Assembly (NCBI GenBank): GCA_038063735.1
Contig: JBBTUN010000004.1
Location: 190,921-254,920, forward strand
Direction: 5' to 3'
Source of the DNA: Patescibacteria group bacterium
GTDB taxonomy: Bacteria; Patescibacteriota; Microgenomatia; Curtissbacterales; GWA2-41-24
Length of the DNA stretch: 64,000 nucleotides
The translations under genes and the position numbers were made by a program. The number at the start of each line of letters is the position of its first letter. Within the stretch, counting starts at the first letter, position 1. This document shows positions 30,836-40,472 of the stretch, in pieces. The notes beneath the pieces are model-generated. The model saw only the letters and a program-made list of their open reading frames with translations. It searched no databases and was not told the DNA's origin.

Positions 30836-31675
30836 ATGCCACAATCTAAAAGAAATCTATACATAATTGCCGCAGTTTCCCTGCTATTAATTTTTGTTGT
30901 TATTTATTCCTTATTTATATTTCAAAAACAGCAAAAACAAATAAAGGTGAACGACACCCCCGCGGAGATCAAACAAATTACCGACGTGGACATGTCCAAA
31001 AGGCCGTTTATTACCCTAACGCCAACTGCCAACGGATCCGAAATCATCATATCAATCGAAAACATGCAGGAGTTTGAAAATATAGAATATGAGCTAACAT
31101 ATCTTGCGGACAATCCACAAATACCAAATGAAAAAATAGAACGAGGCGCAACAGGCACCGATATAAACACAAAAGACGAAAAGTATAAAAAATCCATTCT
31201 TCTTGGAACTGCCTCAAAAGGTGCTGCCAGTCCGGACAGGGGAATCACCGACGGTAAACTAACACTGCACCTTTTTAAAGGAGCTATCGAATATCAATCA
31301 GAAAGCAAGTGGCAACTTCTCCAGGTTGGTCTGACAACAAAAGAAATCATAAGCGATGATGGGAATTTTGTTATAAAATTACCGCCATTTACCAAAGATT
31401 ATTATGCAATTCTTGCCGATACTGTCGGAATTCCGCCAAAAGGGGAGTTTGATGTAAATAAGGTACAGTTACCCGTATACGGTGTGTTCTCAACAGCACC
31501 AAAATTCCCCAAAAAAGGCTCGTTGTCGATTAAAACTGACAAACAAGACCCAAAACTTTTTGTTTACAACCACCAGGATTCAATCTGGGGTAATCAAGAT
31601 GCGACTCGCGAAGGCGACACTCTCACAAGCCAAATTGAATTTTTTAGCACTTTTGTGGTAGTCTCCTCAAAATGA
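30836..31675 (+). CDS. Hypothetical membrane-anchored extracellular protein
   Basis: N-terminal TM helix, no recognised motifs. Confidence 0.3.
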   Translation: MPQSKRNLYIIAAVSLLLIFVVIYSLFIFQKQQKQIKVNDTPAEIKQITDVDMSKRPFITLTPTANGSEIIISIENMQEFENIEYELTYLADNPQIPNEKIERGATGTDINTKDEKYKKSILLGTASKGAASPDRGITDGKLTLHLFKGAIEYQSESKWQLLQVGLTTKEIISDDGNFVIKLPPFTKDYYAILADTVGIPPKGEFDVNKVQLPVYGVFSTAPKFPKKGSLSIKTDKQDPKLFVYNHQDSIWGNQDATREGDTLTSQIEFFSTFVVVSSK

Positions 31676-32973
31676 GTCTCGACAAAATAGTCTCTCTTGC
31701 CAAAAGACGCGGTTTTATTTATCCGGGGTCTGAAATTTACGGAGGCTTGGCCGGAACTTGGGATTATGGCCCGCTAGGTGTCGAGCTCAAAAACAACATC
31801 AAAAAAGCCTTTTGGAAATCTATGGTTTACGATCGCGATGATGTCGTTGGGCTTGACGCTGCGATACTCATGAACCCTAAAGTCTGGGAGGCATCCGGGC
31901 ACGTTGAAGCATTTGCAGATCCACTAATCGAATGCAAAATTTGCCATACCAGGATTCGCGCAGGCCAGCAGGAAGTTGTTGAGGATCACGAAAAAACACA
32001 TAAAGGCAAAAAAGTAGATTGGACCGAACCCAAACAGTTTAATCTGCTAGTTGAAGCAAAGCTCGGGGTTGTCGAAGAAAACAAGCAAAAAGTCTACCTT
32101 CGTGGGGAGATAACCCAGGGAGTCCACGTTAACTTTAAAAATGTCTTGGATTCATCCCGCACACGAATCCCTTTTGGTATAGCCCAGCTAGGGAAAGCTT
32201 TTAGGAATGAAATAACACCCGGAAACTTTACATTTAGGTCTCGTGAATTTGAACAAATGGAACTGCAGTTTTACATCAAACCCACTCCAACTGAATCCAA
32301 AAAATGGTACGAGTACTGGAAACAAGAAAGAATGAAATGGTACTTGTCGCTTGGCATGACAAAAGCAAATCTCCGTTTTCGTCAGCACGATGAAGATGAA
32401 CGTGCACACTACGCCCAGGACGCTTGGGACATTGAATACAATTCGCCTTTTGGCTGGAAGGAATTTGAAGGCATCCACCACCGCGGTGATTGGGACGTCC
32501 GCCGCCACCAGGAATATTCCGGAGTAGATATGACTTATTTTGATCAGGAGGCGAATGAAAAATTCTTGCCCTACATCATCGAAACTTCCGGCGGTGTCGA
32601 CCGTGCAACACTGTTTTTCTTAATCGACGCCTACCATGAAGAAGAAAAGCGCATTGTCCTAAAGCTTCACCCAAAACTGGCGCCGTACAAAGCTGCTGTT
32701 TTCCCGCTTCTTGCCAATAAACCCGAACTTGTCAAAAAGGCTAGAAATATCTACAGTGAACTATTAACTGTGAACAGTTTACTGCCTATTGCTTGGGACG
32801 ACCGAGGTAATATCGGCAAACGCTATTTTGCCCAGGATGAAATTGGTACCCCCGTCTGCATCACCGTCGACTTCCAAACACTGGAAGACGACACGGTTAC
32901 CATCCGTGACCGCGACACAGCAAAACAAAAAAGGGTGAAAGTTGCAGAAGTTAAAACAGAACTGATTGTATAA
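31672..32973 (+). CDS. glyQS: Glycine--tRNA ligase (class II, alpha2 type)
   Basis: N-terminus MSLDKIVSLAKRRGFIYPGSEIYGGLAGTWDYGPLGVELKNNIKKAFW is strongly GlyRS-like. Confidence 0.85.
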   Translation: MSLDKIVSLAKRRGFIYPGSEIYGGLAGTWDYGPLGVELKNNIKKAFWKSMVYDRDDVVGLDAAILMNPKVWEASGHVEAFADPLIECKICHTRIRAGQQEVVEDHEKTHKGKKVDWTEPKQFNLLVEAKLGVVEENKQKVYLRGEITQGVHVNFKNVLDSSRTRIPFGIAQLGKAFRNEITPGNFTFRSREFEQMELQFYIKPTPTESKKWYEYWKQERMKWYLSLGMTKANLRFRQHDEDERAHYAQDAWDIEYNSPFGWKEFEGIHHRGDWDVRRHQEYSGVDMTYFDQEANEKFLPYIIETSGGVDRATLFFLIDAYHEEEKRIVLKLHPKLAPYKAAVFPLLANKPELVKKARNIYSELLTVNSLLPIAWDDRGNIGKRYFAQDEIGTPVCITVDFQTLEDDTVTIRDRDTAKQKRVKVAEVKTELIV

Positions 32974-32976
32974 AAG

Positions 32977-33513
32977 TTATTTAGTTACTGAAGAAAAGGC
33001 AACCAACTTAGAGCCACCCGGAATTTCAATCTTAGTGCCTTTAACTGCCTTATTATATGTATCCTCATCTGTTTGATAAGTACTCGTACCACAAGACTGT
33101 ACAGAAGTATCCGCATCTGCTAAAACAAGCTCGCAATTGTCTATCATCACAAAATATCTTTTATTCTGAATAAAGCTGGTATTGTCGACTGGGCATGCCT
33201 CAGTATGATCACATATAACAGGGTTTGTTCGCTGGTCTATACCCGCTTGTGCACCTCTATTTATTACGAGGCCGCTTATAGTTTCTTCACCGTCGACAGT
33301 ATCAACCGCAAAATCAATAGTATTACGTCCTAAATATGTCGCATAAGCAAGCGCACCGACCGTGGCGGTAGGAAACACCAGCCATCGCCAGTATTTCTTA
33401 CCCAAGTTTACGGCACCGGTACGGAAACCAGATTTTTCGGCTGATCCTGTGGGGTTGTCTTCGTGGCTAGTCATAGTTGGCGAATAGTACCATCTTTTAA
33501 TTTTAGCTGTCAA
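32977..33513 (-). CDS. Hypothetical membrane-anchored protein with 4 Cys in ectodomain
   Basis: 178 aa, one TM; convergent with glyQS with adjacent stops. Confidence 0.3.
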   Translation of the reverse strand: MTAKIKRWYYSPTMTSHEDNPTGSAEKSGFRTGAVNLGKKYWRWLVFPTATVGALAYATYLGRNTIDFAVDTVDGEETISGLVINRGAQAGIDQRTNPVICDHTEACPVDNTSFIQNKRYFVMIDNCELVLADADTSVQSCGTSTYQTDEDTYNKAVKGTKIEIPGGSKLVAFSSVTK

Positions 33514-33573
33514 CTATAGGTTCCTTGACTAAACAAACGCAAAACGCCATACTTATAAGAAGGAAATCCCCTT

Positions 33574-35178
33574 GTGCAAGAACCTGATGGTCTAGAATTT
33601 CCGGATAAACCTTACGATCATTGCGGCTTAGCAGGCGCTGTTGTAAAAAGCGGTCTTAATGCCACAAATATTGCTGTAGAGATGGGCAAAGCTCTCCAGC
33701 ACAGAGGCCAAAACGGCGGGGGAGTTGCCGTAAAAGGTAAAGGCAAGCTCCTAAAAGTTTATAAAAAAGCCAAAGCATTCAACGAAATTTTCAACTCGGT
33801 TGAAGTCGTAGAAGACCATTCACTGCGCGGAGAAATTGCCATTGCCCATCTTAGATATCCAACAGAAGGCTCAAGCCGCCAAAATTGTGACGCACAGCCG
33901 TTTTATGCTTCTTATGGCGGCTGGGAAATTGCTCTTGGCCACAACGGCAGCACAGTTGACGTTAAAAAACACAGGAGGAAGCTTCTTAAATATAATATTA
34001 AAACAGAATCGGATTCAGACTCGGAAATTCTGGCTTGGCTCATCGTTACATCACCTGGTGCAACATGGAAACAAAAAATTTCAGCGGCTCTTGCAGATGT
34101 AAAAGGAGCTTATTCGCTTATTATGGTCACAAACGACGACAAGCTTCTTGCGCTTCGCGACCCATGGGGAATTCGTCCGCTGGTCTGGAGCCAGGACAAT
34201 GGCCACATATTTGTCGCTTCCGAAACCTGCGCTCTGGACAGAATCAATGTTAGGCACAGTCAAAAACTGGAAGCAGGAAAATTGTTGGTCGCAGATAAAG
34301 ACGGTGTCTCAATCTCCGACTGGGCAAAACCTCAAAAGCAAAGTTTTTGTGTTTTTGAAAAGCTATATTTTTCTCACGAAACTTCGTCCTGGGATGGTGT
34401 TATTGGCCAAAATAGGGACAGCCTCGGAGAACAGCTAGCAAAACAAGAAATTGCCTTATACAAATCTGGCAAGATTAAAAAAGAAACCCTAGAAAAAATA
34501 GACTACGTAGTTGCGGTACCAGATACCGCAAGGCCTGGAGCCTTCGCCTTTTACCAGGCGTTAAAAGCAGAACTGCCCGTTATAACCAAATTTAAATACT
34601 TTAGAGGTTTAGTAAAAGAGCGATACGATTATGCAAAAAGAACTTTTATCGAAGACGATCCATATTTAAGAACAAAACATATAGAAAAGAAATTCTTCGT
34701 CTCGCCGGCAATTATAGGTAAATCTATCTACCTGATAGACGACACCGCGGTACGTCTAAACACTTATAAAATCTTGGTTGAGCATTTGCTTAAAATTGGC
34801 GTTCGTGAAATTCACTGCCGTTTTTTAGCGCCAAAGTTTATAAACCCTTGCTTTTTAGGGGTTAATATCGGCTCCCGAGACGAACTTGGAGCGGTCACCA
34901 AAGATAAAGACGGAAACTACAGCGTTCTAACAGAGGACGAGATTAAGAAGATTCTTAAAGTTGAATCTGTCCACTACCTCTCTATGGAAGGCTTGGCGCT
35001 CTCACTTGGTCTTACAAAAGACAAGCTGCAAAAAACCCACTGCACAGGTTGCCTGGATTACAATAATCCGTTTGATATGAGGCCATACGACAGCGAATTC
35101 AAAAAAACTCCTTACGCGAAAGTTACTCCCTCAAAATCTCTTCCAACATACACGCAAGTACAAACACACTTCGGATGA
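33574..35178 (+). CDS. purF: Amidophosphoribosyltransferase-like (class II Ntn glutamine amidotransferase + type I PRTase domain), with 16-aa N-terminal propeptide before the Cys
   Basis: Ntn Cys in DHCGLAGAV; C-terminal PRTase motif IYLIDDTAVRLNT; cysteines in CRF...NPC and HCTGC could form a B. subtilis PurF-type 4Fe-4S site. Confidence 0.5.
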   Translation: MQEPDGLEFPDKPYDHCGLAGAVVKSGLNATNIAVEMGKALQHRGQNGGGVAVKGKGKLLKVYKKAKAFNEIFNSVEVVEDHSLRGEIAIAHLRYPTEGSSRQNCDAQPFYASYGGWEIALGHNGSTVDVKKHRRKLLKYNIKTESDSDSEILAWLIVTSPGATWKQKISAALADVKGAYSLIMVTNDDKLLALRDPWGIRPLVWSQDNGHIFVASETCALDRINVRHSQKLEAGKLLVADKDGVSISDWAKPQKQSFCVFEKLYFSHETSSWDGVIGQNRDSLGEQLAKQEIALYKSGKIKKETLEKIDYVVAVPDTARPGAFAFYQALKAELPVITKFKYFRGLVKERYDYAKRTFIEDDPYLRTKHIEKKFFVSPAIIGKSIYLIDDTAVRLNTYKILVEHLLKIGVREIHCRFLAPKFINPCFLGVNIGSRDELGAVTKDKDGNYSVLTEDEIKKILKVESVHYLSMEGLALSLGLTKDKLQKTHCTGCLDYNNPFDMRPYDSEFKKTPYAKVTPSKSLPTYTQVQTHFG

Positions 35179-35292
35179 CGCTCAAAAAGATTCTAATGCT
35201 AATTGCGGCCGCTTTTACGCTCCTGGTCGCTCTTTCATTGTTAATTTTTAAGATTACCTTCTAAGACCTACCGAAATATAAGTATTTCCCCC

Positions 35293-35360
35293 TTGACACG
35301 AATTCAAAAATGGTGAAAAATGGTAATAGATGGTGATAAATGGTGAAAACCAAACCATCA
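35293..35360 (+). promoter_or_regulatory. Candidate MraZ operator / Pmra region: TTGACA followed by four direct repeats ATGGTGA(A/T)AA at exact 10-bp periodicity
   Basis: TGGTGA 35311, TGGTAA 35321, TGGTGA 35331, TGGTGA 35341; TTGACA at 35293-35298; ~60 bp upstream of mraZ. Confidence 0.5.
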
Positions 35361-35415
35361 ATAACTCCTGAAAATTAGGCTGTCCGGGGGTAAAAGTTAA
35401 GGTTGTAAGGGTTAA

Positions 35416-35817
35416 ATGTTTCTGGGCAGCTACATACCTTCGTTTGATCTAAATACTAGAAGGATCGCTTTACCAAAAAAAATACGTGACTATCTTGCGA
35501 CAAGTGAAGTTATTCTGTCTTTCGGCTTCGAAAAATGCATCTTTGGCTTTGATGTCAGGGCATGGGAAGAAGAAGCTAAAAAACAGCTTGATTTGCCTCT
35601 TACCGAAAGATATCGACGAGATATACGGCGCTTTATTTTTTCAAGCGCAGCCGCTATCAAATTCGATGATCAAGGTAGGTTTGTTATTCCTGTTAATTAC
35701 TTGGAATACGCGGATATTAAAAAGCCAATAGTAATTGGTGCTGGCGACCATTTTGAGATTTGGGACGAAAAGAATTGGAAAGAACAACTGTCAGGGATTG
35801 AAAAGGGGCAAACATGA
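35416..35817 (+). CDS. mraZ: Transcriptional regulator MraZ
   Basis: MFLGSYIPSFDLNTRRIALPKKIRDYL; two-repeat ~130 aa architecture; first gene of dcw cluster. Confidence 0.85.
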   Translation: MFLGSYIPSFDLNTRRIALPKKIRDYLATSEVILSFGFEKCIFGFDVRAWEEEAKKQLDLPLTERYRRDIRRFIFSSAAAIKFDDQGRFVIPVNYLEYADIKKPIVIGAGDHFEIWDEKNWKEQLSGIEKGQT

Positions 35818-36683
35818 GTCGGTTTCACGATAGTGTACTAAAAGATGAGGCAATAGATTTACTGAATGTTGTACCTGGTAAGAAGTATATAGACGCAACA
35901 GCAGGAGGCGGAGGACACACGGAAGAAATGGTCAAAAGAGGGGGAATTGTATTAGCAATCGATAGGGACCAGGAGGCGGCAGAGGTTTTAAGGAAAAAGA
36001 ACTTTAAGGGGGTAGTTGTAGTAAAAGATAATTTTTCGCGTATTTCGGAACTTGCGCAGAAATACGATTTCGAAAAAGTAAGCGGAATCCTGTTCGACCT
36101 TGGTGTCTCATCGCATCAGCTAGATGATCCAAAAAGGGGATTTAGCTTTCAAAAAGAGGGGCCTTTGGATATGCGAATGGACGCTGATTCAAACATAAAG
36201 GCAACAGATATTATTAATAATTTTGAAAAAAGGAGGTTAAATGAAATCTTTCAAACTTATGGTCAGGAGAAGTTTAGTTTGGCAATTGCTGACGCTATTT
36301 GTAGCGCCCGTCAGATAAGACCATTCATAACTACGCTGGATCTGGCAAATATTGTAAGCGAGGTGTACCGGAAAAAAAGAATGAGGACCAAGTTGCATCC
36401 GGCAACGAAGGTTTTTCAGGCGCTGAGAATTGTAATAAACAGCGAACTATTAAATTTGGAAGAAGCGCTCGCGCAGACTGAACCATTACTGGAAACAAAT
36501 GGCCGGTTGGTAATAATAAGCTTTCATTCTCTTGAGGATGCAATAGTCAAACGATTCCTCAAGGAAAGTAACTGCTTAAAACCATTAAGCAGATTACCAA
36601 TCGGCCCGGGTGCGGAGGAGGTGCAGAAAAACCCGAGATCTAGAAGTGCAAAGATGCGAGCGGCCGTAAAGATAATTAATTAA
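35814..36683 (+). CDS. rsmH: 16S rRNA (cytosine1402-N4)-methyltransferase RsmH (MraW)
   Basis: YIDATAGGGGHTEEM SAM-binding motif; position after mraZ. Confidence 0.85.
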   Translation: MSRFHDSVLKDEAIDLLNVVPGKKYIDATAGGGGHTEEMVKRGGIVLAIDRDQEAAEVLRKKNFKGVVVVKDNFSRISELAQKYDFEKVSGILFDLGVSSHQLDDPKRGFSFQKEGPLDMRMDADSNIKATDIINNFEKRRLNEIFQTYGQEKFSLAIADAICSARQIRPFITTLDLANIVSEVYRKKRMRTKLHPATKVFQALRIVINSELLNLEEALAQTEPLLETNGRLVIISFHSLEDAIVKRFLKESNCLKPLSRLPIGPGAEEVQKNPRSRSAKMRAAVKIIN

Positions 36684-36721
36684 AGATTGAGTGTCTAAGC
36701 TCTAGTAGCCAACAAACAAAC

Positions 36722-37039
36722 ATGATATCAGATTATAAAATTAAAAACAGGCAAAGCAAGCAAAAGATATTCGCTTTGTTTTCCGGAGAAATAAAACTAA
36801 AAATTATTTTTTTGGCCGGCCTTGTTATTACAAGCTTGTTTTTTACTCAACTCGTTTTTGCAAATAGCTTGGCAACAGGCGGCCAAAAGCTATCCGAAGT
36901 CCAGGAAGAGATAAAGAGGTTGGATAGAGAGAATATGACGCTGCGGGCCGATATTGCCAGCCAGTCATCTCTTACCAACCTTGTAAAGAAATCTGAACAA
37001 CTGGGGTTTAAAAAACCGCTCAAGATAACTATCTTGTAA
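36722..37039 (+). CDS. ftsL: Cell division protein FtsL-like (single TM + coiled coil)
   Basis: 105 aa, TM helix followed by heptad-like region; canonical position between rsmH and ftsI. Confidence 0.5.
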   Translation: MISDYKIKNRQSKQKIFALFSGEIKLKIIFLAGLVITSLFFTQLVFANSLATGGQKLSEVQEEIKRLDRENMTLRADIASQSSLTNLVKKSEQLGFKKPLKITIL

Positions 37040-37079
37040 TAAATTACTCTTAGATACCTCCTTCTGATAAACTTGAGAA

Positions 37080-38825
37080 ATGGACAGAATTAGAATTTTT
37101 CAAGTAAGTATTTATTTTTTAGCCTTCTGTATTCTTGCCAGACTCTTCTACTGGCAATTCATTTCGAGTGTATCCTCAAGTTCGGATTCCTTCTCGCAGG
37201 AAATCAAATTACCCGCGGCACGCGGTGAGATTTACACCTCAGACGATTTTCCGCTTGTGGCAAATCAGGAAGCGTTTATTTTATATGCAAAACCCAACGA
37301 AATTTCCCAAGATCCCCGAAAGGTAGCAAAAACTGTTGCACCCTTTTTAATCTCGGAAAAATATTCTACAAGTGAAGCAAAATTAACTGAAGACGAGCAG
37401 AAACAAAAAGATACTGAGACAGAAAATAAAGAGAATGAAATCGCACAAAAAATATCCAATAAAAAATTATTCTGGGTACAGCTTGCCAGGAAAGTGAGCC
37501 TGCTTACAAAGAAGAAAATTGATGAATTTAATATAAAAGGGCTGGGTTTTGACCAGGACTCCAAGCGATTTTACCCGGAAGCCTCGATGTCGGCGCATCT
37601 TTTGGGGTTTGTAGGATCAAACGAAGATGGAGACGATACAGGCTATTTTGGCCTGGAAGGGTACTACAATAACCAGCTAAAAGGGAAAAACGGTCGAATA
37701 GGCCAGGTCAAAGACCCCTTTGGATTCCCTATACTTGTCGGCAAATATAGGCCTCTCGAGCCCAAAAAAGGAAGCTCGCTATACCTTTCAATCGATAGGG
37801 CAGCTCAGTTCATTGTTGAGGAGAAGCTAAGACAAGCGGTGGACAAATACGGCGCCAAAGAAGGCACTGTAATTGTTGCCGACCCGTCAAGTGGCAATAT
37901 AATTGCAATGGCTTCATATCCGACCTATAATCCTTCAATCTTTGGGGAATTTTCCGAAGATTATTTCAAAAATCCGTCGGTAGCAGATACGTACGAGCCC
38001 GGTTCAACTTTTAAGCTTGTAACCATGGCTGCGGCTCTGGATCTGTCACTTGTTACCCCAAATACAGTTTGTGATGTTTGCCAGGGTCCAAGAAAGATTG
38101 GAGGTTATGAGATATCAACTTGGAATAATAAATACTATCCAAATTCAACTATGACAGAAGTTATACAACATTCTGACAATATCGGTATGACTTTTGTTTC
38201 CGAAAAGCTCGGCGTTGATAGATTCTATGACTATATTGATAAATTTGGATTTGGAAAAACGACCGGTTTAGACTTGCAGGAAGAAGCATCAGGTTTTATT
38301 AGACAAAAAGATGATTGGAAGCCTATTGATCTGGCAACGGCTTCTTTTGGGCAGGGACTTGCAGTTACCCCGATTCAAATGGTTCAGGCGGTGCAGGCTA
38401 TTGCCAACAACGGGGTTGCAGTAACACCCAAAATAGTTCAAAAAATAAAATCACAAGGTACTCAGGAGATAGTAAAACCCGGTGGAAAACACCGTGTTAT
38501 TTCGCCAAAAACGGCAGCTCAATTAACAGAAATGATGGTCAACGCTGTCGATCAGGGAGAAGCAAAGGCCTTTGTGCCTAAGGGTTACAGAATAGCCGGT
38601 AAAACAGGAACGGCTCAAATACCTGTTGCGGGCCATTACGACCCAAACAAAACTATCGCCAGCTTTATTGGCTTTGCGCCGGCCAATAAACCCAAGTTTG
38701 TGATGCTTGTGCGCTTTCGTGAACCGTCGTCATCTGTTTTCGGGTCCGAAACTGCAGCACCGACTTTTTTTTCCATTGCGAAAGACTTATTTGGATATTG
38801 GGGTATATCACCGGAGGGTAAATGA
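37080..38825 (+). CDS. ftsI: Penicillin-binding protein (class B transpeptidase) FtsI/PBP2-type
   Basis: STFK (GSTFKLV), SDN (HSDNIGM), KTG (AGKTGTAQ) active-site motifs; N-terminal TM anchor. Confidence 0.85.
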   Translation: MDRIRIFQVSIYFLAFCILARLFYWQFISSVSSSSDSFSQEIKLPAARGEIYTSDDFPLVANQEAFILYAKPNEISQDPRKVAKTVAPFLISEKYSTSEAKLTEDEQKQKDTETENKENEIAQKISNKKLFWVQLARKVSLLTKKKIDEFNIKGLGFDQDSKRFYPEASMSAHLLGFVGSNEDGDDTGYFGLEGYYNNQLKGKNGRIGQVKDPFGFPILVGKYRPLEPKKGSSLYLSIDRAAQFIVEEKLRQAVDKYGAKEGTVIVADPSSGNIIAMASYPTYNPSIFGEFSEDYFKNPSVADTYEPGSTFKLVTMAAALDLSLVTPNTVCDVCQGPRKIGGYEISTWNNKYYPNSTMTEVIQHSDNIGMTFVSEKLGVDRFYDYIDKFGFGKTTGLDLQEEASGFIRQKDDWKPIDLATASFGQGLAVTPIQMVQAVQAIANNGVAVTPKIVQKIKSQGTQEIVKPGGKHRVISPKTAAQLTEMMVNAVDQGEAKAFVPKGYRIAGKTGTAQIPVAGHYDPNKTIASFIGFAPANKPKFVMLVRFREPSSSVFGSETAAPTFFSIAKDLFGYWGISPEGK

Positions 38826-38831
38826 TATACT

Positions 38832-39149
38832 GTGTATACTAAAATGGATAATTTCATAATAAGTACATTCCTTTCACCAGCGACTAGTCAAACATATTTA
38901 GTGCAGATAATATTTTTCGTTATTTTTGCCTGGTCAATAATCTGGAAAGGCTCTGCTCTTTATCATGCTGCCAGAAATGAGGATAAGTTATGGTTTGTAG
39001 CTATCATTTTAGTAAACACTTTAGGCCTCTTGGAAATTGCCTATCTTTTTTATCTTTCCAAAAACAAAATAACCCTGGAAGACTTTCGAGGCTATCTGGC
39101 AACAGCCAACAAACTAAAAGCGAAGAAAATTAAACAAGTACAAAAATAA
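38832..39149 (+). CDS. Small membrane protein, PLD-nuclease N-terminal (PLDc_N)-like
   Basis: Two TM helices with W..AL....KLWFVAIILVN..G.LEIAYLFY pattern; GTG start at 38832 or ATG at 38844. Confidence 0.35.
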   Translation: MYTKMDNFIISTFLSPATSQTYLVQIIFFVIFAWSIIWKGSALYHAARNEDKLWFVAIILVNTLGLLEIAYLFYLSKNKITLEDFRGYLATANKLKAKKIKQVQK

Positions 39150-39199
39150 GTAACTTGGCAGTCAGGTACTCCTAAGTGCCAGGCACTCATAAGTCGATT

Positions 39200-39740
39200 T
39201 TACCCCTCTGCAGACACCCCTTCGACCACTTCTGTTGCCTCCGGTGCGCCGTGAACCATGATTTCAAAGTTAATTCGCCTTATTTGATCCAAGTTACTTC
39301 CTAGCTCCGTATTTATCCTTTTTAATTTGTCCGGGTCAGCCGCTAAACACCCTGCTACAAAGTCACGAGACATATCAACAACCGCGTTTAACATCCTATC
39401 GGCCAAGTGGATGCTTGCGGCCAATTAAACCGTCTACCATCTGTACCAAATGTTCCTCTCTTGCACGAAGCCTCTGGTTGTTATCACAACTGATCCATTC
39501 GTATACTTGCCTTTGCCTATCGTTGGCTGGTCTTTGTAAAAAATTCTTCGCATCCTGGCTTATCATCAATCTGGCAATAATGCTTTTTGCTGCATCTCGC
39601 TGCGCAGTTTGCAAAGGGTCATGCGGATCTTGCAATCCGTCATGATTTGGCCCTATCCACAAACCATAACGGCCTCTTCTCCACATCTTTTGAGCGGGTT
39701 TTAAATAATAGCTTGGTGGAGGTAAATATACTGCAAACAA
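39200..39740 (-). pseudogene. Disrupted (frameshifted) gene of unknown function in a locally GC-richer segment
   Basis: Two adjacent minus-strand ORFs (39396-39740, 39200-39424) overlap in different frames and read as one ~180-aa protein if joined; composition differs from flanks. Confidence 0.3.
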
Positions 39741-39851
39741 AGGAAAACGCTTATCTTCTTTTGTTTTGGCACGTGGTATTTCAATTGTGCCTATTATAAC
39801 TCAAATTTTTAGACAAATAAAGCCTATAGAATTTGTAATAAGTGTAAAAAT

Positions 39852-40451
39852 ATGCTAAAATTGCCTCAATTCCGCAATGCGGGATTTTCTTTTGAGATGA
39901 TAAAAGAAATAGTCTTTTCAACACTTGCCGCGACGGGCATAATTGCCTCAGGTGCCTGTGGTGGTAATGCCGCCCAAAACTCGGAAAGAACCCCAATATC
40001 AGGTACGACAAATATTAACGGTAAAAACTTGCCCGTTTATCCTAGTTTGGCAGGGAAAAGTGCCGTGCCTTTTATAGAAAAAAATGAGGATTTTAAGCGG
40101 AAAGCTCTGGAGAAACTAAGCCCGGCCTTCAATTTATTAATAGGTTGTCAGGACACAAGAGCAAGAGATGTGGCAGATTATTTTAATCAGCTTATCCAAG
40201 AGCTAAAAGTCGTAATCACGAGCCAGGATTCAGAAAGCATTGTATTTGCAGCTTTCGTAAAAAGCGGAAATGTTTCCCATCCAAGAATCACTATTTCAGA
40301 CTCGCTGCTAAATGGCGATCAGGATATAGGCGAACTTTCAGGCCAGATATACCAAGCCGTTATTACCTACCAATCAATGGTAGACGGCAAACGGCCTCCA
40401 TCACCAGGCACAGGTAGTGCCACAATTCGAGATGCTAACTGCCTAGTTTAA
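39852..40451 (+). CDS. Hypothetical secreted protein or lipoprotein
   Basis: N-terminal hydrophobic segment ending ...IIASGACGGN. Confidence 0.3.
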   Translation: MLKLPQFRNAGFSFEMIKEIVFSTLAATGIIASGACGGNAAQNSERTPISGTTNINGKNLPVYPSLAGKSAVPFIEKNEDFKRKALEKLSPAFNLLIGCQDTRARDVADYFNQLIQELKVVITSQDSESIVFAAFVKSGNVSHPRITISDSLLNGDQDIGELSGQIYQAVITYQSMVDGKRPPSPGTGSATIRDANCLV

Positions 40452-40472
40452 AGTAAAAGGTATAATTTACAC

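Noticed and set aside
39160-39200. AGTGCCAGGCACT palindrome between convergent genes as a rho-independent terminator
   Set aside because: The stem is only 5-6 bp with a 1-3 nt loop, and the nearest T-run is ~10 nt away. This is too weak to call.
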